From Candidatus Hydrogenedens sp. (GTDB lineage: Bacteria > Hydrogenedentota > Hydrogenedentia > Hydrogenedentales > Hydrogenedentaceae), in assembly GCA_049968235.1 (NCBI GenBank), contig JBMFRC010000023.1:1-52411 (forward strand): DNA of 52,411 nucleotides, given 5' to 3'. The first letter of the stretch is position 1; every line of letters starts with the position of its first letter. A model generated the notes under the pieces. The model ran no database searches and was not told the DNA's origin. It saw nothing but the letters and a program-made list of their open reading frames with translations. A program made the translations under genes and the position numbers. Positions 20,813-30,195 of this stretch are shown piece by piece.

Positions 20813-21945
20813 GTTTTTTCCTCCATATTGTTGTTCTGGAATAAAAACATATTATCTCTGTGAATTACTTCCTCATATTGCCAATCTAAAAGTGTTTTTT
20901 TTATCTCTGTAGATTTTTTGCCGGCTACTTTTTCGAGTTCTTCTTTATTTAAATTTATAATACCTCTACCTAATTCTAACCCATTAAGAGTTGTTATTGA
21001 AACACAATCACCTCTTTTGAAATTCCCTTCAGCATGTTTTACACCTACTGGTAAAAGGCTACTTCCTCTTTTGAGGAGGGCTTGAACAGCACCTTCATCG
21101 ATAATAATTTTCCCTTTGATTGTTCTTCCGAAGGCTATCCACGATTTTTTTTGAGAAATTTTGTTTTGAGGTGGAAGAAAACTTGTATAGGTTCCTTTAT
21201 TATTAATAATGTTTTTTAATATATTTTGTGTATTTCCATTGGCAATCACTGAAGGAATACCTGCATGCCATGCGATTTTAATTGCTTCTAATTTTGTAAG
21301 CATACCACCTACTGATGTATTACTTGTTGTATCATGGGCACAAGAAAATATTTCCGGAGTTAGATTATTTACAATAGGGATAAATTGTGCATTGGTATTT
21401 CTTTGTGGGTTATCGGTATATAGACCGTCCACATTGGTAAGTAAAATAAGTAAATTTGCGTTTACACGAACCGCAATTCGTGCGGATAGTGTATCATTAT
21501 CTCCGAACTGGAGTTCTTCAATAGCGGTAGTATCATTTTCATTAATAATAGGGACAACATTTTTTAAAGCAAGAAGTTCTCGTAAGGTGTTTAAAACATT
21601 GATATAAGAAGTCCGATTATCTAAATCTGCTCGAGTAATTAAAATTTGGGAGGGAATAAATTGTTTTTTGCTGTGTAATTGAAATAGTTTCGTATATCTT
21701 CTCATTAATTCGACCTGACCAATAGAAGCCAAAGCCTGTTTTTCAGATAAACGTTCCGGTTTTTTTTCTTTTCCGACTAAAGACATCCCACAGCCTACGG
21801 CTCCGGAACTTACAATGATGAAATTTGCATTATGTTGTTTTTTTATTTCACAAATTTGTTTGACCAGTTGAGATATAGGTTGTATTTTTTGTTTAGAATT
21901 GACTAAGTCGGTGCCTATTTTAATAACAATAATCTTTTTATTCAT
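20809..21945 (-). CDS. proB: Glutamate 5-kinase with C-terminal PUA domain
   Basis: Amino-acid kinase fold beginning IVIKIGTDLV and a C-terminal PUA domain. Start set at the Met preceding KKIIVIKIGT, which gives an 8-nt overlap with obg. Confidence 0.85.
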   Translation of the reverse strand: MNKKIIVIKIGTDLVNSKQKIQPISQLVKQICEIKKQHNANFIIVSSGAVGCGMSLVGKEKKPERLSEKQALASIGQVELMRRYTKLFQLHSKKQFIPSQILITRADLDNRTSYINVLNTLRELLALKNVVPIINENDTTAIEELQFGDNDTLSARIAVRVNANLLILLTNVDGLYTDNPQRNTNAQFIPIVNNLTPEIFSCAHDTTSNTSVGGMLTKLEAIKIAWHAGIPSVIANGNTQNILKNIINNKGTYTSFLPPQNKISQKKSWIAFGRTIKGKIIIDEGAVQALLKRGSSLLPVGVKHAEGNFKRGDCVSITTLNGLELGRGIINLNKEELEKVAGKKSTEIKKTLLDWQYEEVIHRDNMFLFQNNNMEEKT

Positions 21946-23269
21946 GTTTTTTCTTATTCCTGTATTCAGAAGTATCTTTTGAAATAATATCACCTGAATA
22001 AGTAAATTCATAATCATCCATATATATTAAATCTCCATCTTTTGCTTTTGCTCTTTTTAATGCGCGAAATAATCCCATATGAGCAAGTACCCTCTGTAAA
22101 TATTGAACTGCTTCTTCATTCTCAAAATCAGTCATTTGTAGTACGCGGGAAATTCTTTTACCTTCAATACGGAAGCCGTCAGGTTCTTTATATATTTTAA
22201 ATGGTGCTTCATAAACATATCTTGTTTCTATAGGAATAGGCTCTTCTTTTTCATTGTTTCGTGCTTCTTCTACAATTTGATAAATAGTATCTAATAATGG
22301 TTTGACTCCTTTACCTGTAACAGCAGAAATGCCAAATATGGGGACTTTCCATTTTTTATTTTTTATTTTTTTATTGAAATAATTGTCGTTTTCTGTAATA
22401 TCTAATTTATTAAACACATATACTTTTGGTTTTTCATTAAAAACGGGGCTATATGCTTCTAATTCGTGTTCAAGAATTTCAATAGTATTTTCAGGTTCCG
22501 GGTCACCGGTATCAATCAGAAAAAGCAAAACACGAGTCCTTTCGATATGTTTTAAGAAATCATATCCTAAACCTTTACCTTCAGAAGCCCCTTCGATAAT
22601 ACCTGGAATGTCGGCTACAGTAATTGTTCTATATTCTGATAAAGAAACAACACCAAGGTTGGGAGTAAGTGTTGTAAAGGGATAATCGGCAATTTTAGGT
22701 TTTGCTGAGGTTATACTGGCTAGCAGTGTTGATTTTCCAGCATTGGGAAGTCCAACAAAACCGACATCAGCTATAAGTTTTAATTCAAGGAGGAATTCTT
22801 TTTCTTCTCCTTTTTCCCCTTTTTCCGCAAAACGTGGTGTTTGGTAGGTAGAGCTTACAAATCGTGCATTTCCTTTTCCACCTTTTCCACCTTTTACGGC
22901 TAAAAATAATTGTTTGTCTTCTTTTAAATCTACAAGGATTTCACCCGTTTCCCAGTCTCGGATAATAGTGCCACAGGGAACATATATTATAAGGTCTTTA
23001 CCGTTTTTTCCATGTCTATTGTTTCCACTTCCATGGGTTCCTTTTGGGGCAATCCAATGAGCATGATATTTAAGGTCAATGAGTGTGTGTAGTTTCGTTG
23101 TTGCCTGAAAATAAATATTACCTCCATTTCCACCATCACCTCCGTCTGGACCACCTTTGGGGACATATTTTTCTCTACGGAAACTTACACAACCGTTTCC
23201 TCCGTCTCCAGCGGTTAATTTTACACGGACTTCATCAATAAATAGCCTATTTTTTCCTTGTTGTTTCAT
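21938..23269 (-). CDS. obg: GTPase Obg/CgtA
   Basis: Glycine-rich Obg fold (GGDGGNGCVSFRREKYVPKGGPDGGDGGNGG), G1 motif GLPNAGKST, and a C-terminal OCT-like domain. Confidence 0.92.
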   Translation of the reverse strand: MKQQGKNRLFIDEVRVKLTAGDGGNGCVSFRREKYVPKGGPDGGDGGNGGNIYFQATTKLHTLIDLKYHAHWIAPKGTHGSGNNRHGKNGKDLIIYVPCGTIIRDWETGEILVDLKEDKQLFLAVKGGKGGKGNARFVSSTYQTPRFAEKGEKGEEKEFLLELKLIADVGFVGLPNAGKSTLLASITSAKPKIADYPFTTLTPNLGVVSLSEYRTITVADIPGIIEGASEGKGLGYDFLKHIERTRVLLFLIDTGDPEPENTIEILEHELEAYSPVFNEKPKVYVFNKLDITENDNYFNKKIKNKKWKVPIFGISAVTGKGVKPLLDTIYQIVEEARNNEKEEPIPIETRYVYEAPFKIYKEPDGFRIEGKRISRVLQMTDFENEEAVQYLQRVLAHMGLFRALKRAKAKDGDLIYMDDYEFTYSGDIISKDTSEYRNKKKHE

Positions 23270-23291
23270 ATATAATAAACGAGCATAAGAT

Positions 23292-23328
23292 AAAAACTGG
23301 CACGTTATTATACCGTGCCAGTTTTTAT
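23292..23328 (-). terminator. Rho-independent terminator/attenuator between rpmA and obg (perfect hairpin flanked by A-run and T-run; formally bidirectional)
   Basis: CTGGCACG (23297-23304) and CGTGCCAG (23314-23321) form an 8-bp perfect stem (extendable with A:U pairs) around a 9-nt loop. AAAA lies 5' and TTTTTAT lies 3' on both strands. Confidence 0.7.
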
Positions 23329-23345
23329 CTTGTTATATAAAAATA

Positions 23346-23618
23346 TTAATTTTGATTTTCTGCATTTAAGGGAATCACATCAACACATTTTTTCCCGCCT
23401 ATAGTATAACGGAATTTTACAATTCCATTTACCATAGCGAAAATGGTATGGTCTCTTCCCAAGCCGACATTTTTACCGGGTTTGATTTTTGTTCCGCGCT
23501 GGCGGACCAAAATATTTCCTGAAAGGACTTGTTCGCCTTCATATCTTTTTACACCCAACATTTTGGGATTGCTATCTCTTCCATTTCTGGCGCTTCCACC
23601 ACTTTTTTTATGTGCCAT
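23346..23618 (-). CDS. rpmA: 50S ribosomal protein L27
   Basis: [28 protein letters not shown] ... canonical L27. Confidence 0.95.
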   Translation of the reverse strand: MAHKKSGGSARNGRDSNPKMLGVKRYEGEQVLSGNILVRQRGTKIKPGKNVGLGRDHTIFAMVNGIVKFRYTIGGKKCVDVIPLNAENQN

Positions 23619-23643
23619 TGCTTATTCCTCCTTATACTGGAAA

Positions 23644-23955
23644 CTATTTTTTTATTTCTTTAACTAAAATTTCTGTAAATAACTGTCTATGTCCGTAAGT
23701 ACGATGGTAGTTCTTTCTTCTCTTATATTTAAAAACACGTATTTTCTTTGATTTTCCATGTGTAAGGACCTGAACAGTAACCGATGATGATTTTAATTTA
23801 TCCGGTTCAACTATTAATTGATTATCAATAGATAAAAGATGGACTTTATTGATTTCAATCAAGTCACCTTCTTTCGCATTCAATTTTTCAACGCGAATTT
23901 TGTCATTGGGTTGAACCCTGTATTGTTTTCCTCCACAAGTGATAATAGCAAACAT
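23644..23955 (-). CDS. rplU: 50S ribosomal protein L21
   Basis: [25 protein letters not shown] ... canonical L21. Confidence 0.95.
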   Translation of the reverse strand: MFAIITCGGKQYRVQPNDKIRVEKLNAKEGDLIEINKVHLLSIDNQLIVEPDKLKSSSVTVQVLTHGKSKKIRVFKYKRRKNYHRTYGHRQLFTEILVKEIKK

Positions 23956-24003
23956 TTTACTTATATCCTTTCTTTTAATCTTTTTATTTTGGGCAATATT
24001 ATA

Positions 24004-24855
24004 TCATAAATTATTTTCGTTTTTCGATTTTCTCTCTGGACAGTAAAGGCAGTGTGTGACATAATCTTCCGCCATGGCTCTTAATTCCGCTATAGCGGAA
24101 AGTGATGCAAGATAACTACTTTTAATATTTCTCGGTGAGGGTAGATTTATTGTTGTTGTCTGTAATCTACCAAATGCTCCTTCTGCGTAAACCTCGTGCA
24201 TATTTTCTTTAATGTTCGGATCTGCGATTATACGAACAATTGTGTCGCGGGGTCCAATCCCATATAAACTCAAAGCACATGCAACATTGATATTAGCGGG
24301 GAATGCTTTCGCCGCATCAAAAGCATTTCCTTCAAAAATGGTTACTGGTTCTTTAATATCTGTTAAATCGATATTTTTTTCTATAAGATAAGGAGCACCT
24401 TTGAGTGCTTGAGGAGATTTTCTTGTAGTTAAAATTACGCGGTGCAAACCTGCTTCCATAGCACTACGAATTCCATCAAGCCCACAAATCGCACCGGATG
24501 GAATTTTTATTCTAATGCAATTTTTTTTTGCTTCATCTATGAGATGTAAGTTGTATAATAGTCCGCTTAAACTCATAATAAGGCAATCTTTTTTGTTTTT
24601 AATACAGGATTTTATCACAGGTTCGACAACATTAGATGTAGCAGATTCAATAACAAAATCTGCTAAAGAAACCGCTTTGTCTAAATCGCATATTTCAGCA
24701 TCTAAATGAAAAGTTCGTTTTAATAGTTGTGCCTTTTTTTCTTCTATATCATGTAGAGACACAATTTTTGCGGGTATATCCCCTTTTTGTAGTGCAATGC
24801 AGATATCTGCACCAATGTTTCCACAACCTATAATGGCTACTTTATATTTAGACAT
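24004..24855 (-). CDS. nadX: L-aspartate dehydrogenase
   Basis: Close to the Thermotoga-type NadX blocks: N-terminal IIGCGNIG, PSGAICGLDGI, FEGNAFDAAKAFPANINVA, and H...INLPSPRNIKSS. ATG start chosen at 24855. Confidence 0.7.
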   Translation of the reverse strand: MSKYKVAIIGCGNIGADICIALQKGDIPAKIVSLHDIEEKKAQLLKRTFHLDAEICDLDKAVSLADFVIESATSNVVEPVIKSCIKNKKDCLIMSLSGLLYNLHLIDEAKKNCIRIKIPSGAICGLDGIRSAMEAGLHRVILTTRKSPQALKGAPYLIEKNIDLTDIKEPVTIFEGNAFDAAKAFPANINVACALSLYGIGPRDTIVRIIADPNIKENMHEVYAEGAFGRLQTTTINLPSPRNIKSSYLASLSAIAELRAMAEDYVTHCLYCPERKSKNENNL

Positions 24856-25046
24856 AATTAACAATCCAAATTAGAGATTTTTTTAAGAACGGGAGAAGAA
24901 CAAGTTAATACATAACGAATTGCGTGTTTATAATTATAACAAGGATAAGTAATGATACTCAATATTTTACTTAATAAAAAATGTTTTTCAGGATAAATAT
25001 TTTATTTTTGTTAAAATATATTTCAAAATAAGTGAAAGGATTGTTT

Positions 25047-25460
25047 ATGAAAAGTTATACAGAATATTTATATTTTTGCACACAAAAACATCGTGAATAT
25101 ATTAATATAACAGATAAAGTGGAAGAAGTAGTCAAGAAAAGCCAGATTATGGAAGGGTTGGTTCTTGTATCTGCAATGCATATCACAGCAGGAGTTTATG
25201 TAAATGATGCGGAAGATGGATTAATACAAGATATTGATGAATGGCTTGAGAAATTAGCACCGTTCAAAAGAGATTATAGGCATCATGCCACTGGGGAAAT
25301 GAATGGAGATGCTCATTTAAAGAGTTTATTAGTACACCATGAGGTAATTGTGCCAATAACAAAAGGGGAATTGGATTTAGGTCCATGGCAACAAATATAT
25401 TATGCAGAATTTGACGGTCAAAGAAGGAAACGGTTAATCATAAAAGTGTTAGGGGAGTAA
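25047..25460 (+). CDS. yjbQ: YjbQ/UPF0047-family protein (secondary thiamine-phosphate synthase-like)
   Basis: YjbQ-family size and blocks (ITD...[14 protein letters not shown]..., ...[12 protein letters not shown]...). ATG at 25047 with AAAGGA RBS. Confidence 0.6.
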   Translation: MKSYTEYLYFCTQKHREYINITDKVEEVVKKSQIMEGLVLVSAMHITAGVYVNDAEDGLIQDIDEWLEKLAPFKRDYRHHATGEMNGDAHLKSLLVHHEVIVPITKGELDLGPWQQIYYAEFDGQRRKRLIIKVLGE

Positions 25461-25463
25461 AAT

Positions 25464-26618
25464 ATGACATTGAATGATAAAACCTTTCAAGATTTTCACT
25501 ATCTAATGCCGACAAAGATTATTTTTAAGATAGGTGGTATATCTGAATTAACCTCTCTCTCAATTCAACTTGGTAAAAAACCATTTATTGTTACAGGAAA
25601 ACAAAGTTCAAAAAAAAATGGGGCTTTAGAAAAAATAAGTAAAACTTTCCCTAATGCGGTTGTTTTTGACAATGTTGAGGAAAATCCGACCATTGAAACT
25701 TGTGATAAAGCAGGAGAATTATGTAGAAAGAATCGATGTGATTGGATTATTGGGGTGGGTGGAGGTAGTTCTCTGGATGTTGCAAAAGTAGTTGCAGGTC
25801 TTGCTACAAATACAGGGAAATGCGAGCAGTACTTTGGGAGAGATTTGTTTCTGAATATGCCTTTACCCATTCTTGCGATACCGACCACAGCCGGCACTGG
25901 AAGTGAAGTAACTCCCTATGCGGTAATAACGAACACAAAGAACAACACGAAACAAACGGTGGCTGATTATCGTATCTTTCCTACAATTGCCTTGCTGGAC
26001 CCGCTTTTAACACTAACGCTTCCTTATCAAATTACTCTTTCTACCGCTTTGGATGCTTTAAGTCAATCTATGGAAGGAATGGTATCCAAACGAGCCACAC
26101 CGATTACAGATTGTCTTGCAATTGAATCATGTAAATTAATATTTCAGTGGTTACCTAAGGTGTTAAATAATCTTGAAGATATTGATGGAAGGTATTGGCT
26201 TTTGTATGCGTCTTTACTGTCGGGAATTGTTATTGCACAAACGGGGACTACTTTAGTTCATGCTTTGGGCTATTATTACACCCTGTATTATAAAGTCCCA
26301 CATGGGATAGCAAATGCACTGTTTCTGATACCTATGTTTAAAAGGAATATTTTATTTTTTCCTGAAAAGTTAAAGTTTATAATTAATATATTGCAAGAGA
26401 AATATGATAATCAGCACCTGGAATTATCTATAGAAAATGCACTGAATCGCTTTTTTAAGGAAATAAATTTTTCGCGGAGTGCAAGTAAATGGGGGGTTTT
26501 AGATAATCAATTTGATTTGTTCGCAAGACAATTGTATGCGGATTCTTACCGTTTTCGAAACCAGTATGGAGAATTCTCTATTGAAGAAATATGCCGTATA
26601 TTCAAAGAATCCTTATGA
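25464..26618 (+). CDS. Iron-containing (group III) alcohol dehydrogenase family protein
   Basis: GGGSSLDVAK glycine-rich NAD-binding motif and Fe-ADH length and His-containing blocks. Confidence 0.8.
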   Translation: MTLNDKTFQDFHYLMPTKIIFKIGGISELTSLSIQLGKKPFIVTGKQSSKKNGALEKISKTFPNAVVFDNVEENPTIETCDKAGELCRKNRCDWIIGVGGGSSLDVAKVVAGLATNTGKCEQYFGRDLFLNMPLPILAIPTTAGTGSEVTPYAVITNTKNNTKQTVADYRIFPTIALLDPLLTLTLPYQITLSTALDALSQSMEGMVSKRATPITDCLAIESCKLIFQWLPKVLNNLEDIDGRYWLLYASLLSGIVIAQTGTTLVHALGYYYTLYYKVPHGIANALFLIPMFKRNILFFPEKLKFIINILQEKYDNQHLELSIENALNRFFKEINFSRSASKWGVLDNQFDLFARQLYADSYRFRNQYGEFSIEEICRIFKESL

Positions 26619-26638
26619 CTTTGGTTCAATAAAACGCA

Positions 26639-28750
26639 ATGAAATTAACATCTAAAATAGTCGTTATTTTACTTATATTTTGGATTTTTTTATTGTCTGG
26701 ATATATTTTCCTCTATGATTGGGTTGTTAAACCTACATTATCACAATTTGAAAGAGAACTGGCTATTAATGAATTAGAACGGTTTCAGAAATCTTTTGAA
26801 AAAGACTTATTGTATTTAAATAGAACTTGTGCAGATTATTCTTGGTGGGATGATACTTATGAATTTGTTATCAACAAAAATGAGAATTTCAAACGAATTA
26901 ATCTTTTGCCCCAAACATATAAAGAAAATAATATAAACATGATTTTAATAATTAATGCATTGGGAGAGGTTGTGTATGGTGAGTGGTATAACCTGGATAA
27001 GAAACAAAAAGAAAAATTACCCACAGAGTTTTCCATGCCTAAAATTGCTCTTACCCATCCTTTATTAACCTTTGATAATCCGAAATCTGGAAAATATGGG
27101 ATTATTTCAACAAATTATGGTAATGTGGCAGTGGCATCCAACCCAATACTAAAAAGTAACTTAGAGGGGGAACCACGAGGTGTATTTATCATGGGGAAAT
27201 TATTAGATGATGATTTTTGGGAAAATATAAAGAACCAAATCATGTTGGATATAAGTATTTTTCCTTATATAGAAAAAGACAAATTAATACGCAATGCTTT
27301 GAATTATCCAATAAACGAACGAAAAACAATACAAATCTATGAAAGTAAAGATGGCAAACTTTTTTTATGGGATATAATTAATGATATATATGGACACCCA
27401 ATAATACTAATACGGTTAACACATAATCAAAATATTCTTTCTTTAAGTGAAAGTATGCAAATACAAGGAGTTACGGGTTTTATTTTAATAATGGTCTTTG
27501 GAATTATTTCACTCTGGATTGCTATTAAAAAACAAATTATTTCACCTTTGCAAGATTTAACCCAAAATATAAGAAATTCTACATATCGTGAATCTATAAC
27601 TTTTCTGCCTACAATAGAAAAAAACGATGAAATTGCTTTGCTTATTGTTCATTTTAATCGAATGGCTTATAAAATTAACAAACTGTTAGAAGAAAAATCT
27701 AAATTGGTCAAGGAAATTGCTGAACGCGAGCGGTATCTGAGATTTATTATTAATTCTGTCCCTTGTGTAATAGTTGAATTTGATAATAACGGTACTATAA
27801 GAACAACTAACTCGGCAATTAAAGAAATAGTAGGACTTTCCCCCCAAGAGGTAGAAAACAGAAATATTGGCGATATTTTTTCTACAAAAAGTATTTATGA
27901 TTTTCTTAAACAGATAAAAGAAAATAAAGAAAAGACAAATCATTTTGAATTTGAGGAAAGTGTGTGCATCAATGATAAGAAGAAATATCTCCATATTTAT
28001 TTTAATAAGAATAAAAGAAATGGGGAGGTATTTTGTATCGGTGTAATATGGGATATAACAGTTTTGAGAGAAATACAGGAGAAATATAATGAACAAAAAC
28101 AATTGGCTATTTTGGGTGAAGCAAGTGCAAGTTTAGCCCACGAATTACGAAATATGATAACTGCTATTCAGAGTGGTTTTGAACTTATGCGAGTAGAAAA
28201 AAATGTAAGGCAAAGAGAAGAAATTACCAGCGAGTTATATGTGTCCATTGCACGATTAGAGGAAACATTAAGAAAATTGTTGGAATTTACAAAAAAATAT
28301 AAGTTACAAAAAATAGAAGTTTCTATTAAAGAGTTGATTGAAGAACAATTTAAACAATGTATAATACAATATAATAATGCATCTTTTATTGAATTTAACA
28401 TAAAAGGAGATGCTATTATAAAAGTGGATGTAAATCTCTTTTCAAGAGCAATCATAAATATCTTAAATAATAGTATTGAGTCTATATCTAATCAAGGGAA
28501 AATATATGTAGAAATCTATGATAAAAACGATTCACACTATATAGAAATAAAAGATAATGGAATAGGTATAGAGAAAGAGAATCTGGGAAAGATTGGAAAA
28601 CCTTTTTTTACGACAAAAGCAAAGGGAACAGGATTAGGATTGACAATAACAAAGAAAATTATTGAGAGTCATGGAGGGAAAATAGAAATACAGAGTGAGA
28701 AAGGTGTTGGAACAAATGTTTTAATTATATTACCCTTAGAAAAAGGATAG
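26639..28750 (+). CDS. Sensor histidine kinase (two TM helices flanking a large extracytoplasmic sensing domain, HAMP, PAS, HisKA, HATPase_c)
   Basis: TM1 residues about 7-27, a roughly 250-aa periplasmic domain, and TM2 around GFILIMVFGIISLWIA. H-box LAHELRNMITAI. G1/G2 boxes DNGIGI and GTGLGL. Confidence 0.85.
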   Translation: MKLTSKIVVILLIFWIFLLSGYIFLYDWVVKPTLSQFERELAINELERFQKSFEKDLLYLNRTCADYSWWDDTYEFVINKNENFKRINLLPQTYKENNINMILIINALGEVVYGEWYNLDKKQKEKLPTEFSMPKIALTHPLLTFDNPKSGKYGIISTNYGNVAVASNPILKSNLEGEPRGVFIMGKLLDDDFWENIKNQIMLDISIFPYIEKDKLIRNALNYPINERKTIQIYESKDGKLFLWDIINDIYGHPIILIRLTHNQNILSLSESMQIQGVTGFILIMVFGIISLWIAIKKQIISPLQDLTQNIRNSTYRESITFLPTIEKNDEIALLIVHFNRMAYKINKLLEEKSKLVKEIAERERYLRFIINSVPCVIVEFDNNGTIRTTNSAIKEIVGLSPQEVENRNIGDIFSTKSIYDFLKQIKENKEKTNHFEFEESVCINDKKKYLHIYFNKNKRNGEVFCIGVIWDITVLREIQEKYNEQKQLAILGEASASLAHELRNMITAIQSGFELMRVEKNVRQREEITSELYVSIARLEETLRKLLEFTKKYKLQKIEVSIKELIEEQFKQCIIQYNNASFIEFNIKGDAIIKVDVNLFSRAIINILNNSIESISNQGKIYVEIYDKNDSHYIEIKDNGIGIEKENLGKIGKPFFTTKAKGTGLGLTITKKIIESHGGKIEIQSEKGVGTNVLIILPLEKG

Positions 28751-28754
28751 ATTT

Positions 28755-30137
28755 ATGGAAGGAAGAGTATTTGTTGTAGATGATGAAAAATTAATTCGAT
28801 GGAATATTATTGAGAAACTTAATCAGATGGGATTTATAACAGAAGAGGCGGGGAATGTCGCAGAAGCAAAGCAAATTGTGCATAAAAAAATGTTAGATAT
28901 TGCCATCGTTGATTTAAGACTTCCTGATGGAAATGGTATGGATATATTAAAAGAAATAACCACAAAACAACCTGGTGTGCCTGTGATTATGATTACGGCT
29001 TATTCAAGTGTATCTAATGCTGTTGAAGCCATGAAGAATGGTGCCTTTGATTATATTAGCAAACCTTTTGAAATTGATGAACTTATACTTAGAATCCAGA
29101 GGGCGATAGAACAATCTCATTTACGAAACTCTATTCAGGCGGGATTACAACAAAGTAAACGTATTTTTAATCTTGACCATATTATCGGTAAAAGCCCAAA
29201 AATTCAAGAGGTAAAACAAATTATAAAAAAAGTAGCGGAATCTCCGAGTACTACAATTTTACTTTTAGGAGAAAGTGGAACAGGTAAAGATATAGCCGGT
29301 AGGGTAATACATTACGAATCAGAAAGGGCTATATATCCGTTTATGAATATTACCTGCACGGCATTACCGGAAAATCTATTAGAGTCAGAATTGTTTGGGT
29401 ATGAACAAGGTTCTTTTACAGGGGCTGACCATCTTAAAAAAGGATTGTTTGAACTTGCCAATTATGGGACAGTGTTCATGGATGAAATAGGGGATACGCC
29501 GTTATCTGTTCAATCAAAGATTCTTCGAGTGCTTGAGGAAAAAGCATTTAAAAGGATTGGGGGGACTACGGATATTCATGTGGATGTCCGTGTAATTGCA
29601 GCAACAAATAAGGACCTTGAGGAAATGGTACAAGCAGGTACTTTTCGTGAAGATTTATATTATAGATTAAATGTCGTTCCAATTGTTTTACCACCACTAA
29701 GAGAAAGATATGAAGATATACCTTTATTAGCGGAACATTTTTTGGATTTATTTAATAAAGAATTTAGAAGAAATCGCAAAAGTTTTTCAGATGAAGCAAT
29801 GAATAAATTACTTTCTTACCACTGGCCTGGGAATGTTCGAGAACTTAGAAATGTCATAGAACGGGCTGTGTTATTGGGCAAAGATGAGATAATACAGGGA
29901 GATGAAATTATACTGGGACGGGTAAGTTTCGGAGGAGTAAGGACTATGAATAGTGATTTTGTATTATTACCTCCATCTGGATGCTCTCTCGATGATGTTG
30001 AAAAGTCATTAATTCGTCAGGCTTTAGAAAGGACAAACTGGAATTTAACACGTGCAGGTGCTTTGCTAAATATATCAAGAGACCAGGTCCGATATAAAGC
30101 AGAGAAATATGGGTTAAGACAAGAAAACAATAAGTAA
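28755..30137 (+). CDS. Sigma-54-dependent response regulator (NtrC family: receiver, AAA+ sigma54-interaction domain, Fis-type HTH)
   Basis: Receiver Asp in IAIVDLRLPDGNG. Walker A GESGTGKD. GAFTGA-equivalent GSFTGA. C-terminal HTH ...LTRAGALLNISRDQV... Confidence 0.9.
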   Translation: MEGRVFVVDDEKLIRWNIIEKLNQMGFITEEAGNVAEAKQIVHKKMLDIAIVDLRLPDGNGMDILKEITTKQPGVPVIMITAYSSVSNAVEAMKNGAFDYISKPFEIDELILRIQRAIEQSHLRNSIQAGLQQSKRIFNLDHIIGKSPKIQEVKQIIKKVAESPSTTILLLGESGTGKDIAGRVIHYESERAIYPFMNITCTALPENLLESELFGYEQGSFTGADHLKKGLFELANYGTVFMDEIGDTPLSVQSKILRVLEEKAFKRIGGTTDIHVDVRVIAATNKDLEEMVQAGTFREDLYYRLNVVPIVLPPLRERYEDIPLLAEHFLDLFNKEFRRNRKSFSDEAMNKLLSYHWPGNVRELRNVIERAVLLGKDEIIQGDEIILGRVSFGGVRTMNSDFVLLPPSGCSLDDVEKSLIRQALERTNWNLTRAGALLNISRDQVRYKAEKYGLRQENNK

Positions 30138-30143
30138 TATTAT

Positions 30144-30176
30144 AAAAAAGCGGTAGTTTTTATAATACCGCTTTTA
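30144..30176. terminator. Bidirectional rho-independent terminator between convergent genes
   Basis: GCGGTA (30150-30155) and TACCGC (30166-30171) form a stem. A-run upstream and T-run downstream on both strands. Confidence 0.65.
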
Positions 30177-30195
30177 GCAATCATTTTAGTATATT

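Noticed and set aside
23297-23304. TGGCACG resembling a sigma54 -24 element
   Set aside because: It is one arm of a perfect terminator hairpin and there is no -12 TTGC at the right spacing.
27686-28102. 138-aa minus-strand ORF
   Set aside because: AT-rich antisense ORF inside the histidine kinase gene. Phe/Ile/Tyr-rich composition is typical of antisense frames in AT-rich DNA.
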